From IMG/VR virus record IMGVR_UViG_3300029288_000157: a stretch of 64,000 nt of DNA, one strand, 5' to 3'. Source of the stretch: an uncultured virus (IMG/VR IMGVR_UViG_3300029288_000157). Its lineage: Duplodnaviria; Heunggongvirae; Uroviricota; Caudoviricetes. Each line of letters starts with the position of its first letter. Position 1 is the first letter of the stretch. The notes below the pieces were generated by a model, which worked only from the letters and a program-made list of their open reading frames with translations, was not told where the DNA came from and did no database searches. The position numbers and the translations under genes were made by a program. Shown here in pieces: positions 54,716 through 63,871 of the stretch.

Positions 54716-55369
54716 ATGGAACTAATTAAGACTTCTACATTGAGCAGGGCGTATCTTGAGGCGTATGCGTATGTTATGTGGAAACACCGGATAGTTGAGA
54801 CTGAAGACAATGAGTTGACGTATGAATCGGGGCCGTTGACGGTGGTGGTTAGTTATCCTAATGAAGATAAGGAGCATTTGAAACTGGTGTCGCCTTATGA
54901 GGACAATTTTATGAAGTCGTATGAGGATCAGTTGATCAATGGGACTGCTAGTGAGTTTGACTACACGTATAATGAGAGGTTATTTAACTATCAGGAAGTG
55001 GTTAACCAAGTTGAGTCGATGATTGGTAAGATTAGTAAGGAGGCGTATACAAGACGCGCGGTTGCTACGACTTGGTATCCCTATCACGATAACTTTGAAA
55101 ACAATTCGGTGCCCTGTCTTCAGTATGTGCAGTGCAAATTCATGAATGGGTATCTGAATATGGTTACGCTGTGGAGGAGCAGGGATATTTTGATGGGAAT
55201 GCCTGCTAACATGTATGCTATGAACACCCTACACAATTATATGGTGGGAGAGTTAAGACGTAGAGGCATCAATGCGCAGGTTGGAAGTTACACTGACATT
55301 TCTATTGTGCCGCATATCTACTTTAAAAGGGATGCTAACTATATGAGAGCGATGGAGAATAAATATTGA
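54716..55369 (+). CDS. thyA: Thymidylate synthase, short methanogen/archaeal type
   Basis: FDYTYNERL, TRRA, VPCLQ, RSRD...GMPAN, PHIY. Confidence 0.88.
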   Translation: MELIKTSTLSRAYLEAYAYVMWKHRIVETEDNELTYESGPLTVVVSYPNEDKEHLKLVSPYEDNFMKSYEDQLINGTASEFDYTYNERLFNYQEVVNQVESMIGKISKEAYTRRAVATTWYPYHDNFENNSVPCLQYVQCKFMNGYLNMVTLWRSRDILMGMPANMYAMNTLHNYMVGELRRRGINAQVGSYTDISIVPHIYFKRDANYMRAMENKY

Positions 55370-55459
55370 AGATCAAATGCAAAGTGTGTGGTAATAAAAA
55401 GGTGTATATTGCTGGAAAGGGATTTGTGTGTTTGTATTGCGAGGGAGTGAAGAGACGAA

Positions 55460-56155
55460 ATGAAGAAAATAGCATCGTTGAAAAACTTTAGTCTGATTTA
55501 TGATACTTGTAAGGAGATATTGGCTGAGATTAAGTTTGACTTCAGGAAAGAAGAGTTGTATATATTGGGGTGGTCATCCGATAGGACACTCCAAATGGAA
55601 ATTTATTGTCCTGTTGATGTGGAAACCCAAAAGATGTTTATTATTGACAGGGAAGTATTTAGAAAATTTAATTTTGCTGATGTAGACTTTTTTGATGATC
55701 CGAATTATGTGATTGTAAGACATGAAACCATGGAGGGTCAACTTCGACCAAATGATCCTAGAACAAGCACCCTTATGACGCGACCAGCGTTAAAAGTTAA
55801 ATGGGATCAGTGGAATCTTCATGAAGTTAAGTTTACTGTAGATGAACTGAAAAAGTTGATGAATCTTATTAAGGGAGAAATTACAGCCATTGATTTTGTT
55901 ATCAAAGACGGTAAAATGACCATGGGACTGCACATTTCAGAGTCGAAGTTTTCCATATTCAAGGAGGATATTGATCCGAAGATTGACTGCACGGTTACTA
56001 TCTCGACTGATTTGTTAGCCGATGGGTTGAAGACGTATAGTAAATTTAAGGAGTTTACGATGTTTATTGGGTCTGATGTGCCATTGCTGGTGCAGATGAG
56101 CAATGACGAGTTGAAGGTTGATATCCTGATTGCGCCGCGTATAGAGGCGAAGTAA
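55460..56155 (+). CDS. pcn: PCNA-like DNA sliding clamp (divergent)
   Basis: 231 aa, PCNA-like strand/helix pattern, PLLV...ILIAPR C-terminus; cognate PolB has a PIP box. Confidence 0.75.
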   Translation: MKKIASLKNFSLIYDTCKEILAEIKFDFRKEELYILGWSSDRTLQMEIYCPVDVETQKMFIIDREVFRKFNFADVDFFDDPNYVIVRHETMEGQLRPNDPRTSTLMTRPALKVKWDQWNLHEVKFTVDELKKLMNLIKGEITAIDFVIKDGKMTMGLHISESKFSIFKEDIDPKIDCTVTISTDLLADGLKTYSKFKEFTMFIGSDVPLLVQMSNDELKVDILIAPRIEAK

Positions 56156-56169
56156 GTTAAGGTGATTTT

Positions 56170-58770
56170 TTGACAGACGATATAGTAGAAAACATATTGA
56201 AGGAACGGTATTATCAGCCGGGTGAAACTTGTTGGGAAGACATCGCAAAGAGAGTAGGCAATTTTATTGGTGATGGTAAAGAAGAAAGAGAAACGTTCGT
56301 TGAATTAATTCAGAAGAAATATATTATTCCTGCAAGTCCGTTTTTAATGAATGCTGGAACTAATACTCCCCAATTATTTAGTTGTTTCGTGTTGCCAATA
56401 GAGGATAACATAGGAAGTATATTCAAGTTTTATGCTGACGCCGCTACGGTCTTCAAGTTCTCGGGAGGAGTTGGTGCTTCATGGAGTGCTCTTCGACCAA
56501 AAGGAGCACCATTGTCAGGAGGAGGTGTAACTTCTGGAGTTTTATCATTCTTAAATATATATAATGAACTAATTGAAACTGTGTCCCAAGGAGGCAAGAA
56601 AAAGGGAGCCTCTATATGCCTTCTTGACATTGAACACCCAGAATGTAAATACTTTATCAGGTCAAAATTAATTGAGGGTCGGTTTAAAAACTTCAATATA
56701 TCACCAGTTGTTACTGATGAATTCATGAACAGAGTAATGAATGCGGAACAAACCGCTACTGAACTATTTGATTTGGTAGTTGATTGTACTTATAATTCAT
56801 CGGAGCCTGGTCTATTATTCATTGATACTATTAATAAAGATTGTTCAACTCCAGATCTCGGTGATTACGAAGCAGTGAATCCATGTATAAATGGACATAC
56901 TTGTATTGTAATAAAAGAAGATGCCAAAATAAATGTTGTTTTAATTAAAGATGTGGTTGATAAAGAAATAACTATTTGGAATGGATTTGAGTGGTCTAAA
57001 GTTACTCCTAAAATCACTGGTTACAATAAGCAAATGGCTAACGTAACTATTAGATCTCGACAAGATGGATGGGTAACTACGTCATCAGTGAGATGCACTT
57101 TAAATCACCATTGGGTTATGGAAGATGGTAAGCGATTAAAAACCACTGAATTGAAACCCAGTTTTGAGTTGAGAAGTTGGTTAAGTCCTACTGATCCGAG
57201 AAGTGTTATTTATGGAACAGTTGAAAATGTAGAGATAGTGGATGGTGATATCGACGAAGTTGTTTATTGTCTTGAGGAACCAAAGTCTCATAGTTTTGTC
57301 GCAAATGGAATTCTAACAGGAAATTGTGGAGAACGCCCCTTGTTTCCTTATGAGTCGTGTTGTTTAACTGCAATTGTAGTGCCAAAGTTTATCGTGGATG
57401 GTAAAGTTGATTATATAAATTTAGCAGATGTAGTAAGAGAGACTGTTAGATTCCTAGATAACTCGATGGATAAGAACTATTACCCAATTCCAGAAATACG
57501 AGAAGCAACCCTTAAGACACGAAGACTTGGCGCATACATCACCGGGTTTGCTGATGCATTGATAATGATGGGAATTAGATATGGATCTATAGAATCTATT
57601 AAGTTTATAGATGATGTATGGGGATTCATTAACGAAATTGCATGGCATGAATCGGTTCATTTGGGTATAGAAAAAGGAGTATTCCCTGCTTATTATACCA
57701 GAGATCCAGAAATAGTCCCAGACGATGCTCGAAATGCGGCAGTAACATGTTTAGCACCATCGGGCACTACTAGTATATTTGCTGGTGTAAATTGGGGGAT
57801 AGAACCAGTATATTCATTTGCACAGCGGAGATCAGAAGGAGCGGGTCAAGGATTCCAAGTATTTTATCTGTTTGAAGAAATGCTTGATAAGTATTATCCT
57901 GATAAGAAATCAAAAATAATAGACCATTGTGCGAAGTATGGGACAATTCAAGATATCCCGTACATAACAGATGAGATTAAGAATGTGTTTGTAACTGCAC
58001 ATGATCTTACATATAAAGATCACATTGATGTGCAAGCAGCATTTCAAAAACATTGTAGAGATGGGAGTATAAGTAAGACTATTTCATTACCAAAGACTGC
58101 AACTAAAGATGATATAAGAAATGCTTACATTTACGCATGGGAATCTGGATGCAAAGGTGTTACATTCTATAGGGAAGGTACTAGGAAAGGAGTTTATCAA
58201 TTAGATCAGGAAGAAAACGATCAAGTTATCGAGATAAAAAATCCAGTTAAGTATAAATTAGTAACAAACCCAACTGGAAGAATTTTACCAAAAACTCCTC
58301 GTGAAGTTCCATCTATTACTTACAAGAGAAATACAGGTTGCGGAAAGATGATGATATCCATAGGAGAGGTTAACGGAAGACCACATACCATTATCATAAA
58401 AAATAAAGGAGGATGTGATGCGATGACACAGGCACTATCAGAATTGACCTCTCTAAACGAACGCTACGAAGTTCCACAATGGAACATTAATAAAGTCTTG
58501 ATGGGAATACGATGTTCTGCAGCAATGAAAAATCCAAATTCAGATGGAAAATCATGTGCAGAAATACTTGGAAGAATACTGAATGATTTCTATCCCCATG
58601 AAGATGAACCACCTAAAGATGATGAAGAACCACCAAAAGCAACTTCCCCTACAATAACAATAGATTACATAGAATCTTCACCATTAAAATGTCCTAAATG
58701 TGGAGAAACTCTAATAATGGCAGAAGGCTGTATGACTTGCAAAAATTGCTCGTATTCGAAGTGTAATTAG
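56170..58770 (+). CDS. nrdJ: Class II (adenosylcobalamin-dependent) ribonucleotide reductase with mini-intein, TSCPD-like domain and Zn ribbon
   Basis: PASPFLMNAG, SCFV, GGVG, EPG, NP-[intein]-CGE, APSGT.S, GIEP, SISKT, KGVT.YR, EGC..C..C.YSKC. Confidence 0.93.
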   Translation: MTDDIVENILKERYYQPGETCWEDIAKRVGNFIGDGKEERETFVELIQKKYIIPASPFLMNAGTNTPQLFSCFVLPIEDNIGSIFKFYADAATVFKFSGGVGASWSALRPKGAPLSGGGVTSGVLSFLNIYNELIETVSQGGKKKGASICLLDIEHPECKYFIRSKLIEGRFKNFNISPVVTDEFMNRVMNAEQTATELFDLVVDCTYNSSEPGLLFIDTINKDCSTPDLGDYEAVNPCINGHTCIVIKEDAKINVVLIKDVVDKEITIWNGFEWSKVTPKITGYNKQMANVTIRSRQDGWVTTSSVRCTLNHHWVMEDGKRLKTTELKPSFELRSWLSPTDPRSVIYGTVENVEIVDGDIDEVVYCLEEPKSHSFVANGILTGNCGERPLFPYESCCLTAIVVPKFIVDGKVDYINLADVVRETVRFLDNSMDKNYYPIPEIREATLKTRRLGAYITGFADALIMMGIRYGSIESIKFIDDVWGFINEIAWHESVHLGIEKGVFPAYYTRDPEIVPDDARNAAVTCLAPSGTTSIFAGVNWGIEPVYSFAQRRSEGAGQGFQVFYLFEEMLDKYYPDKKSKIIDHCAKYGTIQDIPYITDEIKNVFVTAHDLTYKDHIDVQAAFQKHCRDGSISKTISLPKTATKDDIRNAYIYAWESGCKGVTFYREGTRKGVYQLDQEENDQVIEIKNPVKYKLVTNPTGRILPKTPREVPSITYKRNTGCGKMMISIGEVNGRPHTIIIKNKGGCDAMTQALSELTSLNERYEVPQWNINKVLMGIRCSAAMKNPNSDGKSCAEILGRILNDFYPHEDEPPKDDEEPPKATSPTITIDYIESSPLKCPKCGETLIMAEGCMTCKNCSYSKCN
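56884..57324 (+). mobile_element. Mini-intein (147 aa) inserted before the RNR catalytic Cys
   Basis: NP|CINGHT...CTLNHHW...VYCL...ANGILTGN|CGE. Confidence 0.92.
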
Positions 58771-58779
58771 GTTGTTTAT

Positions 58780-59574
58780 ATGGAATTAAACCACGTTTAT
58801 TGCACAGACTGTATCACCGGGATGCAGCAACTTGAAAAGAAATCAGTTGATGTCATAGTCACATCACCTCCATACAACATTGGAGTAAAATACAATGTGT
58901 ATGATGATAACTTAAACATATGGGATTATTTATCAAACATAAATCTCATGTTTATGATGGCAGAAAAAGTGTTGAAAGACAATGGTTCATTCTTTTTTAA
59001 CATTGGATTTACTTCAAAAAACCCATTGTTTCCATTTCAAATAGTTCAAACATGTTACCCACGATTTAAGATACAAAACACTATCATGTGGGTAAAATCA
59101 ATTGCCCTACTAAAAGAAGACATTATTAACAAAAACGTAACTGGAGACGCAGTGATCGGCCACTATAAACCCATAAATAGTGATAGGTATCACCATAATT
59201 GTTTTGAATATATATTCCACCTCACAAAGTCAGGAGATGTTAAATTAAACAAAAAAGCAACTGGAGTTCCTTATACTGACAAATCAAACATAAACAGGTT
59301 CAACCAAGAATCAGATAAACATGATCGTGGTAATGTATGGTTCATTCCCTACGAGACCAAACAGAAAAGTGATGCTCATCCAAGTCAATTTCCAATCAAG
59401 TTAGCAGAAATGTGTATCCTTGATCATGGAACTGGAGGAGTTGTTCTTGACCCATATGTTGGTGTAGGAAATTCTATGTTAGCAGCAAAGAAATTGGGCT
59501 GCAAGTATATTGGGTTTGACATTGACAATGCATATGTTGAAATAGCAAATCAACGACTAGATGCTAACATTTAA
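58780..59574 (+). CDS. Beta-class amino DNA methyltransferase (N4-C or N6-A)
   Basis: IVTSPPY, HPSQFP, VLDPYVGVG, IGFDID. Confidence 0.92.
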   Translation: MELNHVYCTDCITGMQQLEKKSVDVIVTSPPYNIGVKYNVYDDNLNIWDYLSNINLMFMMAEKVLKDNGSFFFNIGFTSKNPLFPFQIVQTCYPRFKIQNTIMWVKSIALLKEDIINKNVTGDAVIGHYKPINSDRYHHNCFEYIFHLTKSGDVKLNKKATGVPYTDKSNINRFNQESDKHDRGNVWFIPYETKQKSDAHPSQFPIKLAEMCILDHGTGGVVLDPYVGVGNSMLAAKKLGCKYIGFDIDNAYVEIANQRLDANI

Positions 59575-59600
59575 ATACTCCCAAACCAAACCTTTATACC

Positions 59601-60299
59601 ATGCGAATTGCTGGAACATGGGAAACACCCGTGGGATTTAACTTCCACATCCTTTTTAAACGTAAACTTCGAGACATAATTGAGTCAGATCCTGATGCCA
59701 TTGGAAAGAATCTCTTGTGGCTCAACGACGCCGACTTTGACAGACGATTGGCAAAGCACGAGAAGGGCGATGCTATCATTATCAACGAAGAGTTCATACT
59801 GAAAATTGCCGAGAACTATCGTGCTGAACTAAAGCATCTTCGACCTGATGAGGATCTCAATCCAAATCTCGATAAGTTGATAGATTTCTTTGTGGCTCTT
59901 GATCTCAATGACACTGCTTATTACGAACGAATAGGAGGCATCATCACCTACATCGTCTTACATCCCGAAGAATTTGCCAACAAAGACGGCATTCTAGACG
60001 TCCATGCTGACTTCACCAAGCAGATACAGAACATATGGGATTGGTGGAAACTTAATGACAAGCGTGACCGCACTAAAACCTGGATAAACTGGGGATTCCG
60101 TTTCCTCATGCACAAATACAAGTCCGAAAAGAAACTACCGCAACGCAAACAGTTCTGGCGCACCTCGATTAACATCTGCCTCATCTTCATCGTGGCCAAC
60201 CACAAGAACTGGAAAGTAATCGATGCCTACAACCCCAACAACTGGTTCGGCAAGTACAAAGGCTCTCAAATCATGGCATTCTACGGAGGAGACTTCTAA
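59601..60299 (+). CDS. Hypothetical alpha-helical Trp-rich protein
   Basis: 232 aa; TTAAATAC promoter-like box about 30 bp upstream. Confidence 0.7.
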   Translation: MRIAGTWETPVGFNFHILFKRKLRDIIESDPDAIGKNLLWLNDADFDRRLAKHEKGDAIIINEEFILKIAENYRAELKHLRPDEDLNPNLDKLIDFFVALDLNDTAYYERIGGIITYIVLHPEEFANKDGILDVHADFTKQIQNIWDWWKLNDKRDRTKTWINWGFRFLMHKYKSEKKLPQRKQFWRTSINICLIFIVANHKNWKVIDAYNPNNWFGKYKGSQIMAFYGGDF

Positions 60300-60300
60300 A

Positions 60301-60858
60301 ATGGACGAAAAAGAGTATAAACCCGACGAATTCATAAAAGAACGAGTAGCAGAAAAAGACCCGGTAACAGCCTTCCTCAAAAGCCTGCAATTCGAATCAA
60401 CCCTCTTTCAGGAACTCGACGACTGCTCGTGGAACCAGGAAAAATACAGTAAATACTTTGTCTTCCCTGAACTCTTCAGCATACGAAACGCCATTGGCTT
60501 AACTCAAACCTTCGATCCAGATCGTGAGTCAGACGAGCACAAAGCCTTTATCAACCTCATGACGTGGATGATGATCAAAGTTGCCACTCATCCGTACTGG
60601 CACCAGAAGTTCGGTTGGTTCATTCGATTCATGGCAGGGCACACCGTCGCCGGAAGTTACTGGCCCATCAAGTTCTCTCCATTCTTCATTGTAAACAACT
60701 GGAAATCCATGCATGATGACTGGTCAGTAAGAGAACAGAATGACAAGGCACTCAACTCCTTTGAGGACACCTTCAAGTGGAGCACCAACGAGTCCCGGTT
60801 AGAAGAGTTGGTTAAGAACACCAGCAAAGAATGGGTATTAGAGCAACTAAACAAGTAG
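60301..60858 (+). CDS. Hypothetical alpha-helical Trp-rich protein
   Basis: ATG 60301 immediately after the previous stop. Confidence 0.7.
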   Translation: MDEKEYKPDEFIKERVAEKDPVTAFLKSLQFESTLFQELDDCSWNQEKYSKYFVFPELFSIRNAIGLTQTFDPDRESDEHKAFINLMTWMMIKVATHPYWHQKFGWFIRFMAGHTVAGSYWPIKFSPFFIVNNWKSMHDDWSVREQNDKALNSFEDTFKWSTNESRLEELVKNTSKEWVLEQLNK

Positions 60859-61029
60859 GAACATTGCAATGAATCTGGAAGAGTTAAAAGTAGTATCTGA
60901 TCCAAAGATACTCGAACTATTAGGAAAACTCGAAGAGTTCATTGATGAGTATGATGATACTCATTATCTTTCTTACGGTTCCAGATTCCCATTTACAGAA
61001 GTAAGGCGTTGTTTTCATCATAAAGATTT

Positions 61030-61689
61030 TTGCCACTACAGAGGGATATAATTCAGATAATCATAGACTCAAGGGAACCGGCGTGGATCAAGGACTGGCT
61101 CCCTAAACAATTTCCCGATATAACCTTCACTGTCAAGACCCTCATTGAAGGCGACTACTGCAGTACAAGGGTCATAGTCGAACGAAAGAAGATCGGTGAC
61201 TTGGACGGCTCAATTAAGGGGCGTCTTCACGATCAAATTTCACGGCTCTGCACACACCACTCTGATAAACTGGTTATCTTGGGTATCAGTGGATCGGTGG
61301 AGGACTACATTATGGACATGGAGAGAAAGAAGCCCTTCGTGAAAGTGGACGAGGAACTTCTCCATAAGACGGTGGCATCTGTTCTAGTGCGTGACGACAT
61401 CCGGGTCGTATGGAACTACCATGATAAGAAACTACTCAAAGAGATTGTTTACATTATTAAGGCAGTTAACGAGGATAAACTCGATGTGCCACACATTCGT
61501 AACTGTGATATGCTCATGGCGCGGCTCCTCAACATCTCAAAGGATCAGTATTACCAGATAAAGGAAACCTATGGCACTTCCCTGTGTTATCTTTGTAAGT
61601 TAACCAAAAAACAATGGATGCAAGTGAAGGGTATCGGCGCTAAAAAGGCTGATTACCTCGTAGATTTTTTTCAGAATGGTTGGACATGA
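61030..61689 (+). CDS. ERCC4/XPF-type structure-specific endonuclease with HhH
   Basis: IIDSRE, GDY, VERKKIGDL..S..GRL..Q, VKGIGAKKA. Confidence 0.9.
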   Translation: MPLQRDIIQIIIDSREPAWIKDWLPKQFPDITFTVKTLIEGDYCSTRVIVERKKIGDLDGSIKGRLHDQISRLCTHHSDKLVILGISGSVEDYIMDMERKKPFVKVDEELLHKTVASVLVRDDIRVVWNYHDKKLLKEIVYIIKAVNEDKLDVPHIRNCDMLMARLLNISKDQYYQIKETYGTSLCYLCKLTKKQWMQVKGIGAKKADYLVDFFQNGWT

Positions 61690-61737
61690 ACCCACCCATT
61701 TAAATATTGTCAACTCCAATTAAGTTAAGGTGTTTCA

Positions 61738-62919
61738 TTGACGATTGATCTTGTTAAGTTAACTCTGGACGAAATGAAAGAACGGGGTGACTTTCATGGG
61801 GAATTATATGCACCATTTTATCCGACTAGTTACGCATTACATACATTTAATATACTCAATAATGAAAAGAAATTCTATTACGAAAATAAACAAATACCCA
61901 ATATGCGTTTACACTTGCTCTTCATCGGACCTCCCATGTCCTCCAAGACATATTATCTTGAGCACATGAGTTGGGATGAAAATGCCCTGTTCCAGCGGGA
62001 AGATGGCGACACTGGATTTGAAATGGTAAAGAAAGGACGACTGACTGAAACAGGGTTATGTGGAGGCTACAACCAAAACGGAGGACGATCAGAAAAACGA
62101 ATGGGTGAAGCAGAAAAATACGCTAATGGCTTCCTGACTATCGATGAGTTTAGCGCCATAACTGAAACTTACGGACAGTCCTATAACGCTGCACTCGAAG
62201 CACAGATGCTCGCAGCACTCGACCACGGCAATGTTGTAAAGGATCTTGGTGGCGGCACAATCGAGTTCAAAACCCGGTGCACTATATGGGCCGGAATTCA
62301 GCCTCGTAAATTGCACATGGAAAACGATGCAGGTCTAGGTCGCCGTATCTGCTTCCTTGTCAATATACCTACCAAGGATCAGCGGGAACTTATTAGGTGC
62401 GCGCTTTTCAAATCAAAAAACGTTGCACCTGAACCTGGAGAAATCCTATATATCCACGACCAGATCAGTGAATGGCGTGAATCTGTTGACAACATTGAAC
62501 ATATAGATTATGACGAATCAATTCTCAATTATTATATAAAAAATAACACTGACCCGTTACATCAACCTCTATCAGACCGCATACTGCTTGGTTATCATCT
62601 AGCCAAGGGCAACTTCGACCACGAATTGCACGTAACTCTCGAAGATCCCATGGCTCGAAGCATGATCCAAAACTCATTGGGTTGGTTTGAAGATGTGCGG
62701 CGTGGAACTGATATCCTGCAGGTAAAAAGTCTCATCATGTCATACGGAACATTTTATCCTGATATCAATCAATATATGGTAAAAGAACAGGATCTTATCA
62801 ATGCCTCTACGTCGGTGAGTATGACAAGCAAAGAAATGATCACATCAATTGGAGAAATGATTAACCTGCGGATGCTGGAAACGAACAAAGCAGAACAAGC
62901 CCTGATGATGCGCATTTAA
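61738..62919 (+). CDS. MCM-like AAA+ ATPase lacking the MCM N-terminal domain
   Basis: HLLFIGPPMSSKT, T.TGL.G, G....ANGFLTIDEF, ALDHG, TRCTIWAG.QP, RR. Confidence 0.72.
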   Translation: MTIDLVKLTLDEMKERGDFHGELYAPFYPTSYALHTFNILNNEKKFYYENKQIPNMRLHLLFIGPPMSSKTYYLEHMSWDENALFQREDGDTGFEMVKKGRLTETGLCGGYNQNGGRSEKRMGEAEKYANGFLTIDEFSAITETYGQSYNAALEAQMLAALDHGNVVKDLGGGTIEFKTRCTIWAGIQPRKLHMENDAGLGRRICFLVNIPTKDQRELIRCALFKSKNVAPEPGEILYIHDQISEWRESVDNIEHIDYDESILNYYIKNNTDPLHQPLSDRILLGYHLAKGNFDHELHVTLEDPMARSMIQNSLGWFEDVRRGTDILQVKSLIMSYGTFYPDINQYMVKEQDLINASTSVSMTSKEMITSIGEMINLRMLETNKAEQALMMRI

Positions 62920-62920
62920 A

Positions 62921-63508
62921 ATGATAGACGAATCACCAGACAACCCATATCGCCGCTTCAAGAACCAACTTGAATACGTTGAATTGTACATGGAAGACCT
63001 CATCCTCCTCAAGCGGCGTCGCGCGAATATACGGGTAATGGGACTTCTCCTTTTTCACAACTATCTCAATGGCTGTGACGGCGACGTGATTCTCCTCATG
63101 GAAATCAATGAGTTGGAAAGAAAATTGGAACGACTAGATCTGACACCATTTGTCAAGAATGAGATAACCCAGATGTTATACGAAAAGCGCCGGGACTATG
63201 AATCCTCACGGAGAGCAAAGGACTTCCTGACTGGGTTGATTGAGTTTGAGTGGGCAATCGAAGAGTATATGGACCCCACCGACATTATGCGCCATGCCGA
63301 GCAGTTAATCAAGAAAATACAGTTATATAACGAGAAGTTCGATCCGTTGAAGTATATCGAGAATTATAAATTGCGGAAGAAGTGTCCTAAAAACCCTTTT
63401 GTTGTCGATGATTATAAGGCAATAACCAATACGCCGCGAAAACGGGTTAAGGCTTCGAAAAAGAAAAAATCTATGTATGACTCTATGAAGTATGAGATTC
63501 AGATGTGA
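62921..63508 (+). CDS. Hypothetical protein
   Basis: 195 aa ORF coupled to the MCM-like gene. Confidence 0.6.
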   Translation: MIDESPDNPYRRFKNQLEYVELYMEDLILLKRRRANIRVMGLLLFHNYLNGCDGDVILLMEINELERKLERLDLTPFVKNEITQMLYEKRRDYESSRRAKDFLTGLIEFEWAIEEYMDPTDIMRHAEQLIKKIQLYNEKFDPLKYIENYKLRKKCPKNPFVVDDYKAITNTPRKRVKASKKKKSMYDSMKYEIQM

Positions 63509-63863
63509 AATTATATGCTTCTCGTAATTGTTCCCATTTATCAGGGTAGATCATTAGCCAAGTAGGATATTCAACACAGCAGGTTGGTTTACAACGACCT
63601 CTGCCTTTTATTCTAACGTGTTCATTTTCCCGTTCAAGACATATCCTTTCAGACAACTCATAGTATTGGAGAACTTGTAAAAAAGAATTGAAATCGTCCC
63701 ATTTAGGATCATCGTCTTCCACGTAATTTTGAGACTCTTCCCAAATAGTTCCCAGATAAGTTACTATTCCACCAGTGCGCTGCAATTTCTTTAAAAACCA
63801 ACGTGCTGGTTTGTTATGTCTCTTCAGAGAATACTGATATTCTACGTCTATTTGTTCCGCCAT
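63483..63863 (-). CDS. Hypothetical protein, first credible minus-strand gene
   Basis: Convergent with the + strand array; likely start MAEQ; no competing + strand ORF. Confidence 0.6.
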   Translation of the reverse strand: MAEQIDVEYQYSLKRHNKPARWFLKKLQRTGGIVTYLGTIWEESQNYVEDDDPKWDDFNSFLQVLQYYELSERICLERENEHVRIKGRGRCKPTCCVEYPTWLMIYPDKWEQLREAYNFTSESHTS

Positions 63864-63871
63864 ATTACATC

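Noticed and set aside
54716..55369. dCMP hydroxymethylase for glycosyl-hmC DNA
   Set aside because: The specificity residue is Asn (GMPAN), as in dUMP-specific ThyA, not Asp. A dUMP hydroxymethylase cannot be excluded from sequence alone.
1760..62316. Numerous minus-strand and alternative-frame ORFs in the track (e.g. 51987..52700, 40636..41106, 3992..4384)
   Set aside because: They overlap well-supported + strand genes and are explained by skewed composition that removes stop codons.
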